Below, one piece after another: positions 19,748-30,700 of a stretch of DNA of 46,630 nt. This DNA is from an uncultured Phycisphaera sp. (GTDB lineage Bacteria > Planctomycetota > Phycisphaerae > UBA1845): the NCBI GenBank assembly GCA_964421865.1, contig CAYQZH010000005.1:1-46630 (forward strand), in the 5' to 3' direction. The notes under the pieces were generated by a model, which was not told the origin of the DNA, searched no databases, and was given only the letters and a program-made list of their open reading frames with translations. Both the position numbers and the translations under genes were made by a program. Position 1 is the first letter of the stretch; each line of letters opens with the position of its first letter.

Positions 19748-19837
19748 CAAGCGCCGCCCCAAGACGCTTGTTGTCCGGTTCCTAGAATTCGAAATGACAT
19801 TGATTTACGCAATCCGGTCTACGGTTTTGTAAACAGC
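19748..19837 (+). repeat. ~90-bp dispersed site, copy B
   Basis: CAAGCGCCGCCCCAAGAC...CTACGGTTTTGTAAACAGC, ungapped with the copies at 941 and 12438. Confidence 0.7.
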
Positions 19838-19899
19838 CAGGTTCGGCCTCGCTGGTCCAAATTCCGATCGTTGTCCAACATCACCGAAGAGTTGGCTCG

Positions 19900-20060
19900 A
19901 AGAGCGTTCAGCGTTTCGAGTTGAATGCCAGACAAGAACGGCCCTGGCTGCGTCAGAATGATTGACGACCCCGGGCGTTTTCGCGATAAGTAGTACAAAT
20001 GGACAAACGGGGACGACGAATCGACCCTATTCGTCCGAAATGTAGTAGAAAACCGCGTTT
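19900..20060 (+). other. Cassette 1 right arm
   Basis: Hairpin 19904-19928 shared with 45263-45290; AAGTAGT 19988-19994 and ATGTAGT 20040-20046. Confidence 0.6.
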
Positions 20061-20098
20061 GCGGGCGTAGCTCAATGGTAGAGCATCAGCCTTCCAAG
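20061..20098 (+). repeat. tRNA-Gly 5'-half copy 2
   Basis: 38/38 identical to 45444-45481. Confidence 0.95.
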
Positions 20099-20280
20099 AT
20101 AACCGGGCACTACATCACAAATCGCAGAACGGCCTTGGCGCTATCAAAAATGCTGTTTTACGGGCTCGATCCAGGTCGATGAATCATCCCAAGTAGTGCA
20201 GGATCGACCCGAAATGTAGTGTAAGGATTTCTTTTGGGCAAATGCCCAACATCATGCGCTTCCGCGGTAATGTTGGTCCT
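20099..20280 (+). other. Cassette 2 left arm
   Basis: ACTACATCAC 20109-20118, AAGTAGT 20191-20197, ATGTAGT 20214-20220. Confidence 0.75.
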
Positions 20281-20417
20281 GTTTTGCTCTCTGCCGTGTC
20301 CGCAATGATCAGGCGCCGATTGAGGTTCTCGTGCGGACCGAGCGACAACTGGGGCCACTGGTCCGAACCACTCCGAGCCTCGCAACGAGACTCGATCCGC
20401 ACCGACCGGCTGGATCG

Positions 20418-21113
20418 CTAATCACTTACGAAATGGTTTTGGATAAACGCGTAATCGCGAAGGTCGGCATCGCCGTCCTGGTCATAGTCCGCTGCGGCGA
20501 AGAACTCCGGACTACAGATGCCGCCGGGTGACCCGCCGTCGGGGCCGGCCAGGCAGCGCTGAAAGTCGCGGTAGGCGAAGCGATTGAGGATGCTCAGGGC
20601 GATGTTCCGGATCTTGCCGCGCTCATCGACCCGCAGGTCGCGGACGAACTTCTCCGGGCCGCCGGCGACCGCCATGAGAACGCGGACCACGGATGGGTTG
20701 GACGGGTTCAACACAGCAGCCTTCCCGCTCGGCTCGAGACCGTCCGGCGTGGACTCGGTACGGGCCTTGAGGACATACAGATGTCCGGGGCAATCGTCGA
20801 GCAATCCGTCTGCCGGAGAGATGTCGCGCGCCGTTCCGCAACCGCTGACGCCGGAACAGCCCGGGGCGGCGCAACTCAATTCGCAAGCGTCGCGTACGCC
20901 GTCGGCGTTGCAATCGCCGAAGTCGAAGCGACCGATCTCCTGGCCGCCGGGCAATCGGGTGACCAACACGACGGCGCCTCGCTGCTGGACGGCGACGCCG
21001 TTCACAAACGCCGGACCGTAGAGCACCGCGTCGGGTTCGGGAATGGCCCCAATGACCATGACCGACACTAGACTGAGATTGATGACGACCCATGTTCCAA
21101 TTGACGTTGACAT
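20418..21113 (-). CDS. Secreted accessory protein (IPEPxxxLYG N-terminus) with dockerin-like C-terminus
   Basis: ATG 21113 after GAGAGG, hydrophobic leader, DCNADGVRDAC repeat, ends DYDQDGDADLRDYAFIQNHF. Confidence 0.8.
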   Translation of the reverse strand: MSTSIGTWVVINLSLVSVMVIGAIPEPDAVLYGPAFVNGVAVQQRGAVVLVTRLPGGQEIGRFDFGDCNADGVRDACELSCAAPGCSGVSGCGTARDISPADGLLDDCPGHLYVLKARTESTPDGLEPSGKAAVLNPSNPSVVRVLMAVAGGPEKFVRDLRVDERGKIRNIALSILNRFAYRDFQRCLAGPDGGSPGGICSPEFFAAADYDQDGDADLRDYAFIQNHFVSD

Positions 21114-21233
21114 CGCACACCTCTCAAGAAGTAATCGTTGCTTTGATTGAACAGGCCGTGTCGCAACCGCGGCGTTCGACCGATCCTCGCGGACCATCGC
21201 TGTCCGAATGATCGCCATAGCCTGCCATCGCGT

Positions 21234-24200
21234 TCATTCTTTGGGGACGTATTCATACTCTCTCATCGCCGTTCTAAATGCGTTGTTGTTGAACTCCCAC
21301 TCTTGAACGGACTGCGCGGGTCGCGAAGGCGCGATTCGTTTCCCGTATTCCAATACCGATTCGCCAGGCAACACCTTGGGAGCTTTGTAGATTGTCTTCG
21401 CGGCATTGGCACCGATGCCAGGAATGGTCTGGGCGCGGGCCGCGGTTTTCACCGCCGCGGATGCGGCCGCTGCGGCCTCCGCCTTGGCGGCAGCGCCTGC
21501 CACTTTCGCGGTTGTGGAAAACGCATTCGCAACCGCGCCGGGCAGCTTCGTCATTCCCTTGCCGACCGCCTTGATCGCGGCGCCGGCGCCGCCCCCGACC
21601 CCGAGTCCAGCGAGAATGTCGCCAACGTCCCCGGCCGTTTCGCTACCGGTCACACCGGTAATGGCCCGGGCCGTGTAGGTTCGGTCATTGTCCGCAGCGG
21701 CCGTAACCAGCAGGTCGACGCCATGCGCGGCCATGACGCAGCCACCCCCCACTGTCGGTCCACAAGCCAGCGCGCCTACCGCGAGCTCGACGGAGCCTTG
21801 CCCGACCTTCAGCGATCGACCTGTGTCGTAATCCTCGATATCGTCCTTGCCCAGAATAAACATGTTGTCGTCGAGATAACCGAGGTTACTCTTGGTGCCC
21901 TCGACGATTAGTTCACCCACACCAAGCGGATCCCAAGGGTTCAAGCCCGTGGGATCAACGAATCTTATGGGATTGTTGCGTGAGTAGGCGTACAAGTTGA
22001 GATCCTGCGGTTGGGCCAAGTACGCGGCCAACCTGTCCGGCGCGAGCAAATCGGGACTTGCATATTTGGGGTCCACAGACACGAATCGTCCGAGACGGCC
22101 GGCCAAGTAACGCTCCCCGAAATAGTGCAGGCCGGATTCCGCATCCTGCTCCTTGCCCGTGTATCCGTAAGGCTGACGGAACAGGACGCCGGGCTCATGG
22201 GAGTGTCGCACCTCGCCGAATGGGAAGTACGCGACTTCCTGGATGAGCGTACCGTTCTGATCGGTCATGACACCGGACGATCCCAGGTGATCGCCATGGA
22301 AGAACATCGTGCCTCGGTTGTCGTTCGCGGCCGGTGTCAATTGAGACTGCGCCGGGAGCGTCAACCACACCGCGCCCGCGGCGCTGAACGACTTCAACGA
22401 ATCGGCCACGTTCGTCGGCAACAACGGGTCCGTCAGGAGCCAATGCGGTCGTTGGGGATCATGCGCATGAATCCTGGCATCGGCGGTCAAGAGGTGTTCG
22501 CTCGGAACCAGGGGTTCGAGGCGCGGCCACGCAAGCAACGTCTGCCCAGATGGGATGACCACGGCATCGGCCGAGGGCTGGTACATTCCTAGGGCCACCG
22601 CGATTCGTGGGCTGGTCACTTCAACCCAGAGCGGCCTAGCGACGGGGAGCAAAGCATTCTCGGCGACTTCACGAAACTCCTTGCCGGTCCATTCGTAGAC
22701 GCTTGAGCCCGGACCGAACAGTTCGGCTGGGGACTGGAGCGTCTGCACGGCCACCGTTAGGAGATTCCATCCTTCAGACAACCAGATCCGTTGCAGGCGC
22801 GGCCGCTGCGGATCCAGCGTATCCGTGACCTGAGCCAGCCGAGTTGTTCCACCGAAAACGTACTTGATCGGAGCGCGATTGGGGCGATACTCGAAGTACC
22901 TATTGACGTAGAGCGTCTGATCCGTTTGACCTTGCTCGGTGATCCGCTTGGAGATGCGGTGGTTCGCGTAATCGTACGCGTATTGGGCCTCCGCGCCGTT
23001 TCGTTGATAGCCAACCATGCGATCCTTGAAATCCCAGGTCAACGTCGCGCCGTCGATTTTGGTCATGTTGCCATTGGCGTCGTAGTCATAGGCGCCTCCG
23101 GTGCTCGTGCCGGTCAGGGCATGAGGCCCGGGAGGATCCCCGGGTGCGCGGCCGAGGCGACTGGAGCGCCCGCCCGCGTAGTTCATATCGCCAAGATGGG
23201 CTTTCGGGTTGTCGGAGATCTGACCGAGCATGTTGCCGATGGCGTCATAGGCAAAGCTGATGGTCCCCAGGCTCGCATCCGCCTCGGACACCGGTGTGTA
23301 GCGCACGCGCTTGAGACGATACAAGTCGTCGTATTCGAATCGTTGCGTATTTCGCCGTTGGGATTCGGCGGACACGCCGTTGGGACCACTCGTCGGGCGC
23401 AGATCATCGATTCGAGTGATATTGGAGACGGGATCGTATCCGTAGGAATAATGGAGCAGATCACCCGAGGTCGGAGAGCTAGTTCGGAGGCTGGTGAGGC
23501 GCTCACGGTTGTCGTATTCGTTCGAAGTGATGACCCCATTCCCCAATGTGATCCGGGTGAGTTTTCCCGAAGGTTCATACGCGGCCTCGGAAGCGATGAC
23601 TCGTCCGACCGGTCCGCCGTCAATGCGTTCCGGAAGCGACGCGGAGTTGTAGATGTAACGACAATGGTCGTTATCCGGGTAATACACGTCGACCAATCGA
23701 TCCATCACATCGTAGGTGAATCCGGTTCTGTACGACGAGAGGATCCCCAGCAATGGGTCGCGGATTCGCTTGACGGTCCATTGCGAATTTCCGCGCGGGT
23801 CATAGGAGAAGTGCTCTTCTCCCGAAGCGTCAAATACGGCGGCGAGGCGCCCGCCGGTGAAGGCGGCTGTGCCCGAGGCGCCGTCGCCAAAGTCCACGTC
23901 CTCGCTGGGGAGGTCGTAAACCAATCGGACATCAATGGGGTCTTGCGGTCCCCCACCGTGGTCTAGGTAGTTCTCGGCGATGAGCCGGTTTGCGAAATCG
24001 TAGCTGAAGACCGTAGTCTGGCCTCGCGCATCCGTGGCACTCAGGAGATTGCCGACGTCGTCATATTGGAAGGTCGCGATGCCACGATCCGGGTCATTCA
24101 TCGAGACTTTTCGGCGGAGCGAATCATAGACCAGGCTCTTCCTGTTTCCCTGTGAATCCAGAGTTGCAAGAAGGTCCCCCAAGGTGTTCCATGCATAGCG

Positions 24201-27200
24201 CGTGTGATATTCCTCCGGCCCGTTCCGTTCGACGACCTCCACAAGGCGGTCGAGTCCATCCGATCGCTCGCTGGTCGGAGTTGCCGCGCCCCCGGTGTCC
24301 ATTTCGTCAAACCGATGCTGGACCAACGGATCGTAAACGATCCGCGATTCAGTAGCGTCCGGATTGGTGGTTCGAATGGGGCGACCCTGGATGTCGTAGA
24401 AGATCGCGTAGCGCGACTTGCCGAAATCCGGGGTCTCGAAATCCGGGGTCGGAGTGAAGTAGGACATCCAGCGATTTCGCTCCAACCTGCGGCCGTTGAA
24501 GGCCACCGCGCCGGTGAAGCGCCATTGGCCGTCCTCGGCCTCCAATTTCGATCCTAGTTTGCGCCCGAACCCATCGAAATAGTCGTGTGAATCAAGCGTG
24601 TCATTGCCCGCCAGGCTTTCTCGGGCCCGCGTGGCGATGTGGCTTATCGGATTGCCGAAATCGTATTGATAGTTGGCCCGGGCCCCGTTCGGTCGCCGAA
24701 ATTCGATCAATCGTCCGAGACTGTCGTACTGGTACTCGGAGAGCGCTCCGGCGAAGTCCACGCTGGAAACGGGAGTTCCGAGAGCCAAGTCGTAGGCCGC
24801 CGCCATCGACAAGTCGTAGGATTTCAAGTGTATGATTTCGGAGACGGGGAACGTGTTCAGAACATCATCGAAAACGACCGACCGACTGTGACCGTTGGCG
24901 TCGGTCATGCGGACCACGTTGCCGAATGCGTCGTATTCGTTGCGAATCGCGAGGACGAAGCGATCGCCGATATTCAACCAGCGGTGGTGCTCCAATAGGT
25001 TGCCGCGCAGATCATAAGTAAACAGATCCTCCGCGACTCGCTCGCCGTTGCGATCACGGATGGTGGAGCGCGCCATTCGATCCATGCGCCAATTCGTCGG
25101 ATCATAGGCAAATGCCCTTTCGACGAGCTGCTCATCCCCATCCGCGTCCGCAACGCCCAGCATGTTTTCCCGCACCATGTTGCCGAAGTCGTCGAATTGG
25201 AACTCGCCGCGGATGTGTACGGGGTTGCTGGTCTGCTCAAAAACGAAAGTGTCCACGGCTTGATTGAACGCGAAGCAGACGTGCCTGCCGTCCGGCGAAT
25301 CCTCGATCAATCGGTGGCTCACCGAGTTTTCGACTCGATCGAACCGTGTGCCGGCGGAATCGGTTGTCTCCTGACTGAGCACCATTCCCTTGCGGCAGCC
25401 GGCCAACACACCGGTGTCAAAGGTGCTCTCCGTGACTTTCGTCGGCGCGGAATCGTCTCCAACCTCTCTGACTTCAGCTTGGGTGAACCCGCGAAATTCC
25501 TGTTTATCCGCATCGAAGTGCGGGTTCCGGTAGGTGAAGTCCCGGACGAAGTCGTTTCCGCGGCTATCGGATTCGACAATCCGAGCGACCACCGGCACCG
25601 AGATGGGCATGGTCGACTCCCATGGCCTGCCGGCGTCGCGTGCCTTGATCATTTGCTCGACGGAGGTCTCGTAGTGCAGCGTCGTCACCAGTCCAAGCCC
25701 GTTGTCGATCCGGGTGAGCAGGTTGGGGCGGATGCCCGGGACGAAGTCGAGGAACTGTTCCCTGGTTCCCGCCGGGCGAGCGCTGTTGGAAATCAGGAAA
25801 TCGACCGAACCGTTGCCGTTCATATCCGCGCAGCGTGTGGCGTCGCCGGCTTGCACGGACGGCAGTCCCAGGATCGTCCGACGAGAGGCGAACCCGGCCA
25901 GGCCGCGATTGACGAAGTATTGAATTCCGTTCGGCGAGGCGACCGGACGAACAATGACTAAGTCGGCAAGCCCGTCGCCGTTGATATCCGCAAGGTCCAC
26001 ACGGGGAATCTCGGACGCCAGCAGTGAACCGGAGAGCGGCAGGAAGATCGGCCCGTCAAAAACACCGCGGCCGCAACTTGCCCAGTAAACCACCCGCGTG
26101 CTCTGCACCCAGGCCAAATCGCTAATGCGATCACCGTTGACATCCGCGATGCGCGCGCCCGGATCCTCAAATCGAAAGGCTTGTGTGCCGTCCGACAGCA
26201 CCGGCAACGACACTTGGCGACCGTATCTTCCGCCGGGCATCAGCATCCATAGGCGATAACTGTTGTCGCCAGTGAAAAGAATGTCGTTCAGGCGGTTGTG
26301 ATCTGTGTCGAGCGTGCGGCTGCCGGCGTTCTCAAAGGGCCAAATGGGCCAGGTGTCCGTGTTGCCGAGGTTGGCAGGATTTTGCCACGCATTCTGTCCG
26401 CTATTGAGAAAACACTGAAAGGTAGAATCATTGACCTTGTGAATGAGATCGGACTCGCCGTCCGCACTGTGATCGGCCAAATGAACGGAGGGCAATCCCA
26501 AGTTCAGTCCGGGAGCGTTGCCGACCAACGTTCCGACGGTGTCCCATGCCAAACGACCAGCCTCGTTCATTCCGAGATTCAGGTGGATTCTGTGGAAATT
26601 CTGCGTGGCGTTCAGAAGATCGGGCAAGCCGTCCTGATTCATGTCGATCAACTCGACATCATTGGAATCGAGCGCGGCCACCGGATCGCCGGTGCTGCGC
26701 GTAAACGAGGAGGCCACATTGTCGGGTGGTGTCCAATTGGTGTATTGGAAGCTGATGGAGGGGAGCGAGGTCACGCCGTCCGCGCCGCGTAGAGTCACCC
26801 TGCTTAGCCGCGAGACGAGTGCATTGGGCTCATACTCCAGTTCGTAACGGCGGATCAACGAATCGGGCAGGCCGTCACCGTTGAAATCACCGACGAGCGC
26901 TGTCGGCGACGGCGGAACACCCTGGGCGATCACGTCGATTCGCGCCAGCCGCATTCCGGTGCGAATCTCGAAGCCGCTTCGGAAGTCAGCGTACACATCG
27001 GGCCTAGAAGAATCATAGGTCAGTACCGTCGCGTAGAAGGCTCCGGGGCGCGCCCAACGGACTTCGCGCAGGTATTTTTGACCAGGTGAGCCCGCGTCAC
27101 CGATGTACCTGTAATCCGCCGCGTTTCCGTTGACGTCCGTGGTTCGTTGGAGCAACCACGCGAACATTCGGCCGTTGCTTTCAAGTCGTGGCGCCCCCGT

Positions 27201-27761
27201 GGTCCCGAACTCCTGCAAAACGCCGCTTTTCTGCTGGCCGGTCCAGCCATCGCCCACCCGTCGATAGCGAGCGAAGCTGCTTTCGTTTTCACTACGCAGC
27301 GATCCGTCGGCCAGGGGCACCAACTCCTCTAGGTTCACACCGGAAAAGCGGTCGATTTCTCCCGGGTTGTCTATTGTGCCGTCGAAGTCGTCATCGACGC
27401 CGTTGGGCCCGTCGATGTAGAACGGCAATCCATGATCCATGTTGCGCGAGACCATGGTCGGCCCGGACAGTTTCCAGCCGATTCCTACGATTCCGTTGCC
27501 TTGTCCCGTGTGATAGTCAATGGACAGCGCGGGCGCGAATCCCGTCGGGCCCGAGGGCAGTTGTATGGGCACCGAGAACGTCCCGCTCCCGCTGTTGAGC
27601 TGAGGTTGGAATGACTCTCCCAATCCTTGAATGGAGCCCGGTCCCGAAGGTAATGAAATCACTTGCGGCGAGACGCCATTCTTGTCGGCTGCTCGAGCAT
27701 CGCCGCTCGTCAAGTGCAATAGGGCGGCGGAAACTAGGGCTGTAGCAAGTCTCTGGCTCAT
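21234..27761 (-). CDS. SpvB/TcB-like N-terminus + FG-GAP + YD/RHS repeat-associated core protein (TcB-TcC-type fusion) with signal peptide
   Basis: ISLPSGPGSIQGLGESF (SpvB-like), DxNGDG FG-GAP repeats, EFRGF, YD repeats, HGDHLGS, YTGKEQDAESGLHYFGERY, PIRFVDPTG. Confidence 0.92.
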   Translation of the reverse strand: MSQRLATALVSAALLHLTSGDARAADKNGVSPQVISLPSGPGSIQGLGESFQPQLNSGSGTFSVPIQLPSGPTGFAPALSIDYHTGQGNGIVGIGWKLSGPTMVSRNMDHGLPFYIDGPNGVDDDFDGTIDNPGEIDRFSGVNLEELVPLADGSLRSENESSFARYRRVGDGWTGQQKSGVLQEFGTTGAPRLESNGRMFAWLLQRTTDVNGNAADYRYIGDAGSPGQKYLREVRWARPGAFYATVLTYDSSRPDVYADFRSGFEIRTGMRLARIDVIAQGVPPSPTALVGDFNGDGLPDSLIRRYELEYEPNALVSRLSRVTLRGADGVTSLPSISFQYTNWTPPDNVASSFTRSTGDPVAALDSNDVELIDMNQDGLPDLLNATQNFHRIHLNLGMNEAGRLAWDTVGTLVGNAPGLNLGLPSVHLADHSADGESDLIHKVNDSTFQCFLNSGQNAWQNPANLGNTDTWPIWPFENAGSRTLDTDHNRLNDILFTGDNSYRLWMLMPGGRYGRQVSLPVLSDGTQAFRFEDPGARIADVNGDRISDLAWVQSTRVVYWASCGRGVFDGPIFLPLSGSLLASEIPRVDLADINGDGLADLVIVRPVASPNGIQYFVNRGLAGFASRRTILGLPSVQAGDATRCADMNGNGSVDFLISNSARPAGTREQFLDFVPGIRPNLLTRIDNGLGLVTTLHYETSVEQMIKARDAGRPWESTMPISVPVVARIVESDSRGNDFVRDFTYRNPHFDADKQEFRGFTQAEVREVGDDSAPTKVTESTFDTGVLAGCRKGMVLSQETTDSAGTRFDRVENSVSHRLIEDSPDGRHVCFAFNQAVDTFVFEQTSNPVHIRGEFQFDDFGNMVRENMLGVADADGDEQLVERAFAYDPTNWRMDRMARSTIRDRNGERVAEDLFTYDLRGNLLEHHRWLNIGDRFVLAIRNEYDAFGNVVRMTDANGHSRSVVFDDVLNTFPVSEIIHLKSYDLSMAAAYDLALGTPVSSVDFAGALSEYQYDSLGRLIEFRRPNGARANYQYDFGNPISHIATRARESLAGNDTLDSHDYFDGFGRKLGSKLEAEDGQWRFTGAVAFNGRRLERNRWMSYFTPTPDFETPDFGKSRYAIFYDIQGRPIRTTNPDATESRIVYDPLVQHRFDEMDTGGAATPTSERSDGLDRLVEVVERNGPEEYHTRYAWNTLGDLLATLDSQGNRKSLVYDSLRRKVSMNDPDRGIATFQYDDVGNLLSATDARGQTTVFSYDFANRLIAENYLDHGGGPQDPIDVRLVYDLPSEDVDFGDGASGTAAFTGGRLAAVFDASGEEHFSYDPRGNSQWTVKRIRDPLLGILSSYRTGFTYDVMDRLVDVYYPDNDHCRYIYNSASLPERIDGGPVGRVIASEAAYEPSGKLTRITLGNGVITSNEYDNRERLTSLRTSSPTSGDLLHYSYGYDPVSNITRIDDLRPTSGPNGVSAESQRRNTQRFEYDDLYRLKRVRYTPVSEADASLGTISFAYDAIGNMLGQISDNPKAHLGDMNYAGGRSSRLGRAPGDPPGPHALTGTSTGGAYDYDANGNMTKIDGATLTWDFKDRMVGYQRNGAEAQYAYDYANHRISKRITEQGQTDQTLYVNRYFEYRPNRAPIKYVFGGTTRLAQVTDTLDPQRPRLQRIWLSEGWNLLTVAVQTLQSPAELFGPGSSVYEWTGKEFREVAENALLPVARPLWVEVTSPRIAVALGMYQPSADAVVIPSGQTLLAWPRLEPLVPSEHLLTADARIHAHDPQRPHWLLTDPLLPTNVADSLKSFSAAGAVWLTLPAQSQLTPAANDNRGTMFFHGDHLGSSGVMTDQNGTLIQEVAYFPFGEVRHSHEPGVLFRQPYGYTGKEQDAESGLHYFGERYLAGRLGRFVSVDPKYASPDLLAPDRLAAYLAQPQDLNLYAYSRNNPIRFVDPTGLNPWDPLGVGELIVEGTKSNLGYLDDNMFILGKDDIEDYDTGRSLKVGQGSVELAVGALACGPTVGGGCVMAAHGVDLLVTAAADNDRTYTARAITGVTGSETAGDVGDILAGLGVGGGAGAAIKAVGKGMTKLPGAVANAFSTTAKVAGAAAKAEAAAAASAAVKTAARAQTIPGIGANAAKTIYKAPKVLPGESVLEYGKRIAPSRPAQSVQEWEFNNNAFRTAMREYEYVPKE

Positions 27762-27772
27762 TGCCGTTCCTC

Positions 27773-30700
27773 TCAAGAGGGTTTGCCGTAGGCCTTGATC
27801 CGTAGCTTGATGTCGTCGATTCCCAGATTCGCGTTGGGGTTTCGCGGATTCCCATTTTCATCCGCGTCGAAGATCAGAATGAGAAGCTTGCGGCGGACGA
27901 CCGCGGCATCATCATTGGGATCCGCGAACTGACGGCCTGGAATCGCCAGCAGCCACTGCGTGTTCCACGCCGACCAACCGGCCAGGTCGTCCTGGAACAC
28001 GGGGTCCTCGGTGTTACGAATTTGCGCTTGGGTAACGGGAAAACGGTTGATGACGTCCAATTCCGGCGAGGTGGCCAAACGCGGAATGTCGAATGAATCA
28101 AGGATCGCCCCGCCCGCGTCACGATAGACCGCGGAAACACCGGGGATTCTCTGGTCCACGACCGCCCAGGTGCGGACCGCCCGGAGCGAACAATTGCCCC
28201 CCTCGGGAGACCGCAACATGCTTGAACCCACGGGAAGGAAATGAGCAAAGATAAGCTGACTGTCCACGCCGATCGCTCCCGGATTGTCCACGCCCTCCAG
28301 CAGAATGGCGAACTCGAACACTTTCGGATTCGAGCAGGTGTCGAAGTTCGCGGGGGCGCCGAAGGTGGTTCCCCGGCGCTGACCAAAAAAGGTTCGCCCG
28401 GCAACCTCCGTCGGAATGCTAAGCACCAGCGCGGGACCGGCATCGCGGTCACTGTCGAAGCTGGCGAACTGGCGGAACGCGGGGACATCGAGCAGGTCCT
28501 GAACGACATGAGACTCCAGGAAGGCGCGAAATGCCTTGTTCTTCTCGAGCTGCTGCTGATCCGTGTCCTCCGACGGGTTGATCGCCAGGCCCAGGAGGTT
28601 CTTTCGCAAACTGAATTCGTCGCCGCCGTGATCAAAAAGCGAAAGTTTCTGCAACCGCGCGACGAAGTCGCTCTCCTGGCGCTTCTGATCCAGGCGGGCG
28701 ATGATGCTCTCCAGACCTTGATCGGCCGCCGATTCCGTTCCCAAGAGCCGTTCGTGATGCAGGCGTTGCATCTGCGCGCTCACCTCATCGCGCTCGTTGT
28801 ACTCGTAAGCGAAGGCTCGCGCCGCGAGCATGACATAGCGGCCGGCCAGATCGAAAAACGCGCCGTACTGCTCAAGCGCCTGATTGCGGAACGTTCGGAA
28901 TGCCATGTCACGGAAGCGGAATTGTTGTAGCTTGTCCGACTGCACGCGGCGATTGCGATCACGCTCGTCGAGCAGTCGCTTCCCCTCCTGGAAGCCCTTA
29001 CGCACCACCGCGAACGCCTGACGGGCTTGCGTCTCCGCGACCGCAAGTTCCAGGATGCCCTGGGGAGTTCTGCGGATCAGGTCTTCCAGTTCGATTTCCA
29101 ACGCTCGAATCTGCTGATCGTTGGAGATCCTGGTGAGCGACGCCGTCTGCCAACAATTGATTCGCAATTCCTCGCGTTCGATGTCGAACTGATCGCCGAT
29201 TTCGGAGGACGCACTGCTTCCTGAAAACTCGTTTCCGAGGGCTTCGCCCAAGAGACCAAGGCCGCTGTTGATCGCTGGTTCGCAGCCGACTGCGTTAGAA
29301 GCGGCGCAAACCGCGACCTGAGAAATGAGCCCCGCCACGCGACTGAATATGCCGCGATTCTCCCGAGCCTCGGCCAACTCCTTTTTGCGATCGATCACGC
29401 TGAACCGCTCCGAACATGCACTCGCCTGGATTTGCAACTGTTCGATCGCCTCGTCGCGAACGAGGGCGACGTTCTCGGCCTTGTCTTGGATCAGCGCTTC
29501 AAGATTGGACAACGCCTGCTCGGCAATTTGCGCACGGAGGGTCGCCGCGCGCAACTCGAACATCGCCAACTGCACCTGTCCGACGGCCGCGCGGTCGACC
29601 CAGCCCAATGCGTCCAGAGTCTCGGAATCCACGAGGAAGTTCACCAGGTCGGGGCTGCCGGCGCATTCCCCGTCGCAACCAGCCTCGATGAAGTCGTCGC
29701 CCGGATCGTTCAACCCGCCGATCAACTGCACGCCGTCACCGTCGTTGTCCTCGGAGTCGTTGTCCGCTCGATCGGAAGGCGAGGGCAATCCGAAGATTTC
29801 GATGAGCCGATCGTTGAAACCGACGTCGGTGGCACGAACCTGATTCTCGAAGTCGGTGAAGGTCTCTTCATTTCCGCGCAATCGGTTGGAGGCCAGGTTG
29901 GCGCGCTTCAGGATCCCTCGCGCGTTCTTGATCGCCTCGATCGCCGCGCTGCGAACGATGCCGTAGTGCGATTGTCCACTGCTGGCTCCGCCTTCAAGGA
30001 AGTCCAAGAGTTGACCCGGTTGAATGATGCGGAACGGGACCACATTGGCGACCAGACCCAGCGGATTCAGTCCGGAGCCCGCCGCGTCGACGCGCTCCTG
30101 CATCTCGTCCACCGCGGACGCGAGGATGCGAACCTCCTCCATGCGCCGGCGGTGAATCTCGGTGATGGCGTCGCCGGTGCCGGCCTGCGGGACGGGCAAC
30201 AGATGGTTAAGCACGGCCCAATCGAGATACGCACCGACGCCTCCGCGTCGCGCCCAGTCCGCCGTACCCCAGTCCCTCGCCGTGTCGGTGTCGGTCAATC
30301 GCGTGTCGGCGTCCTCGCGATAGTCACGACGGAAGGTCAAATCGACGATACGGTTCGCGGCCCGCGCCTTGGCCGCCATGGCCGCCGCCATGTTCCGCAC
30401 CGAATGAAACCCGACCGCGTGGGTGATCCCTTCGTCATCGACGATCGACTCACAATCGAAGTCGCCGCAGTCCGCGCCGCCCTCGGGCGTTCGCAGCGAC
30501 TCCACCATGTTCTGCGAGAAGCCCGGCGGGACCGGCTCGTCCTTCGCCGCACCGAACGCGTCAAGGTAGGTGGTGGTCGCAGTGAGGTAATACCCATAGG
30601 CGTCTCCGTGGCCTTGCGGGAACGCTTCCGAAGCCGTAGCGTTACTGGGAGTGTTGGAAAAGCCATAGTTCGAGCGATACCCCACCGAGCCGATGGCGTC

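Larger units (their letters stand above)
523..20060. mobile_element. Cassette/genomic islet 1 (19,538 bp), no integrase gene
   Basis: Bounded by direct repeats of the tRNA-Gly 5' half (523 and 20061), with conserved arm motifs at both ends. Confidence 0.8.
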
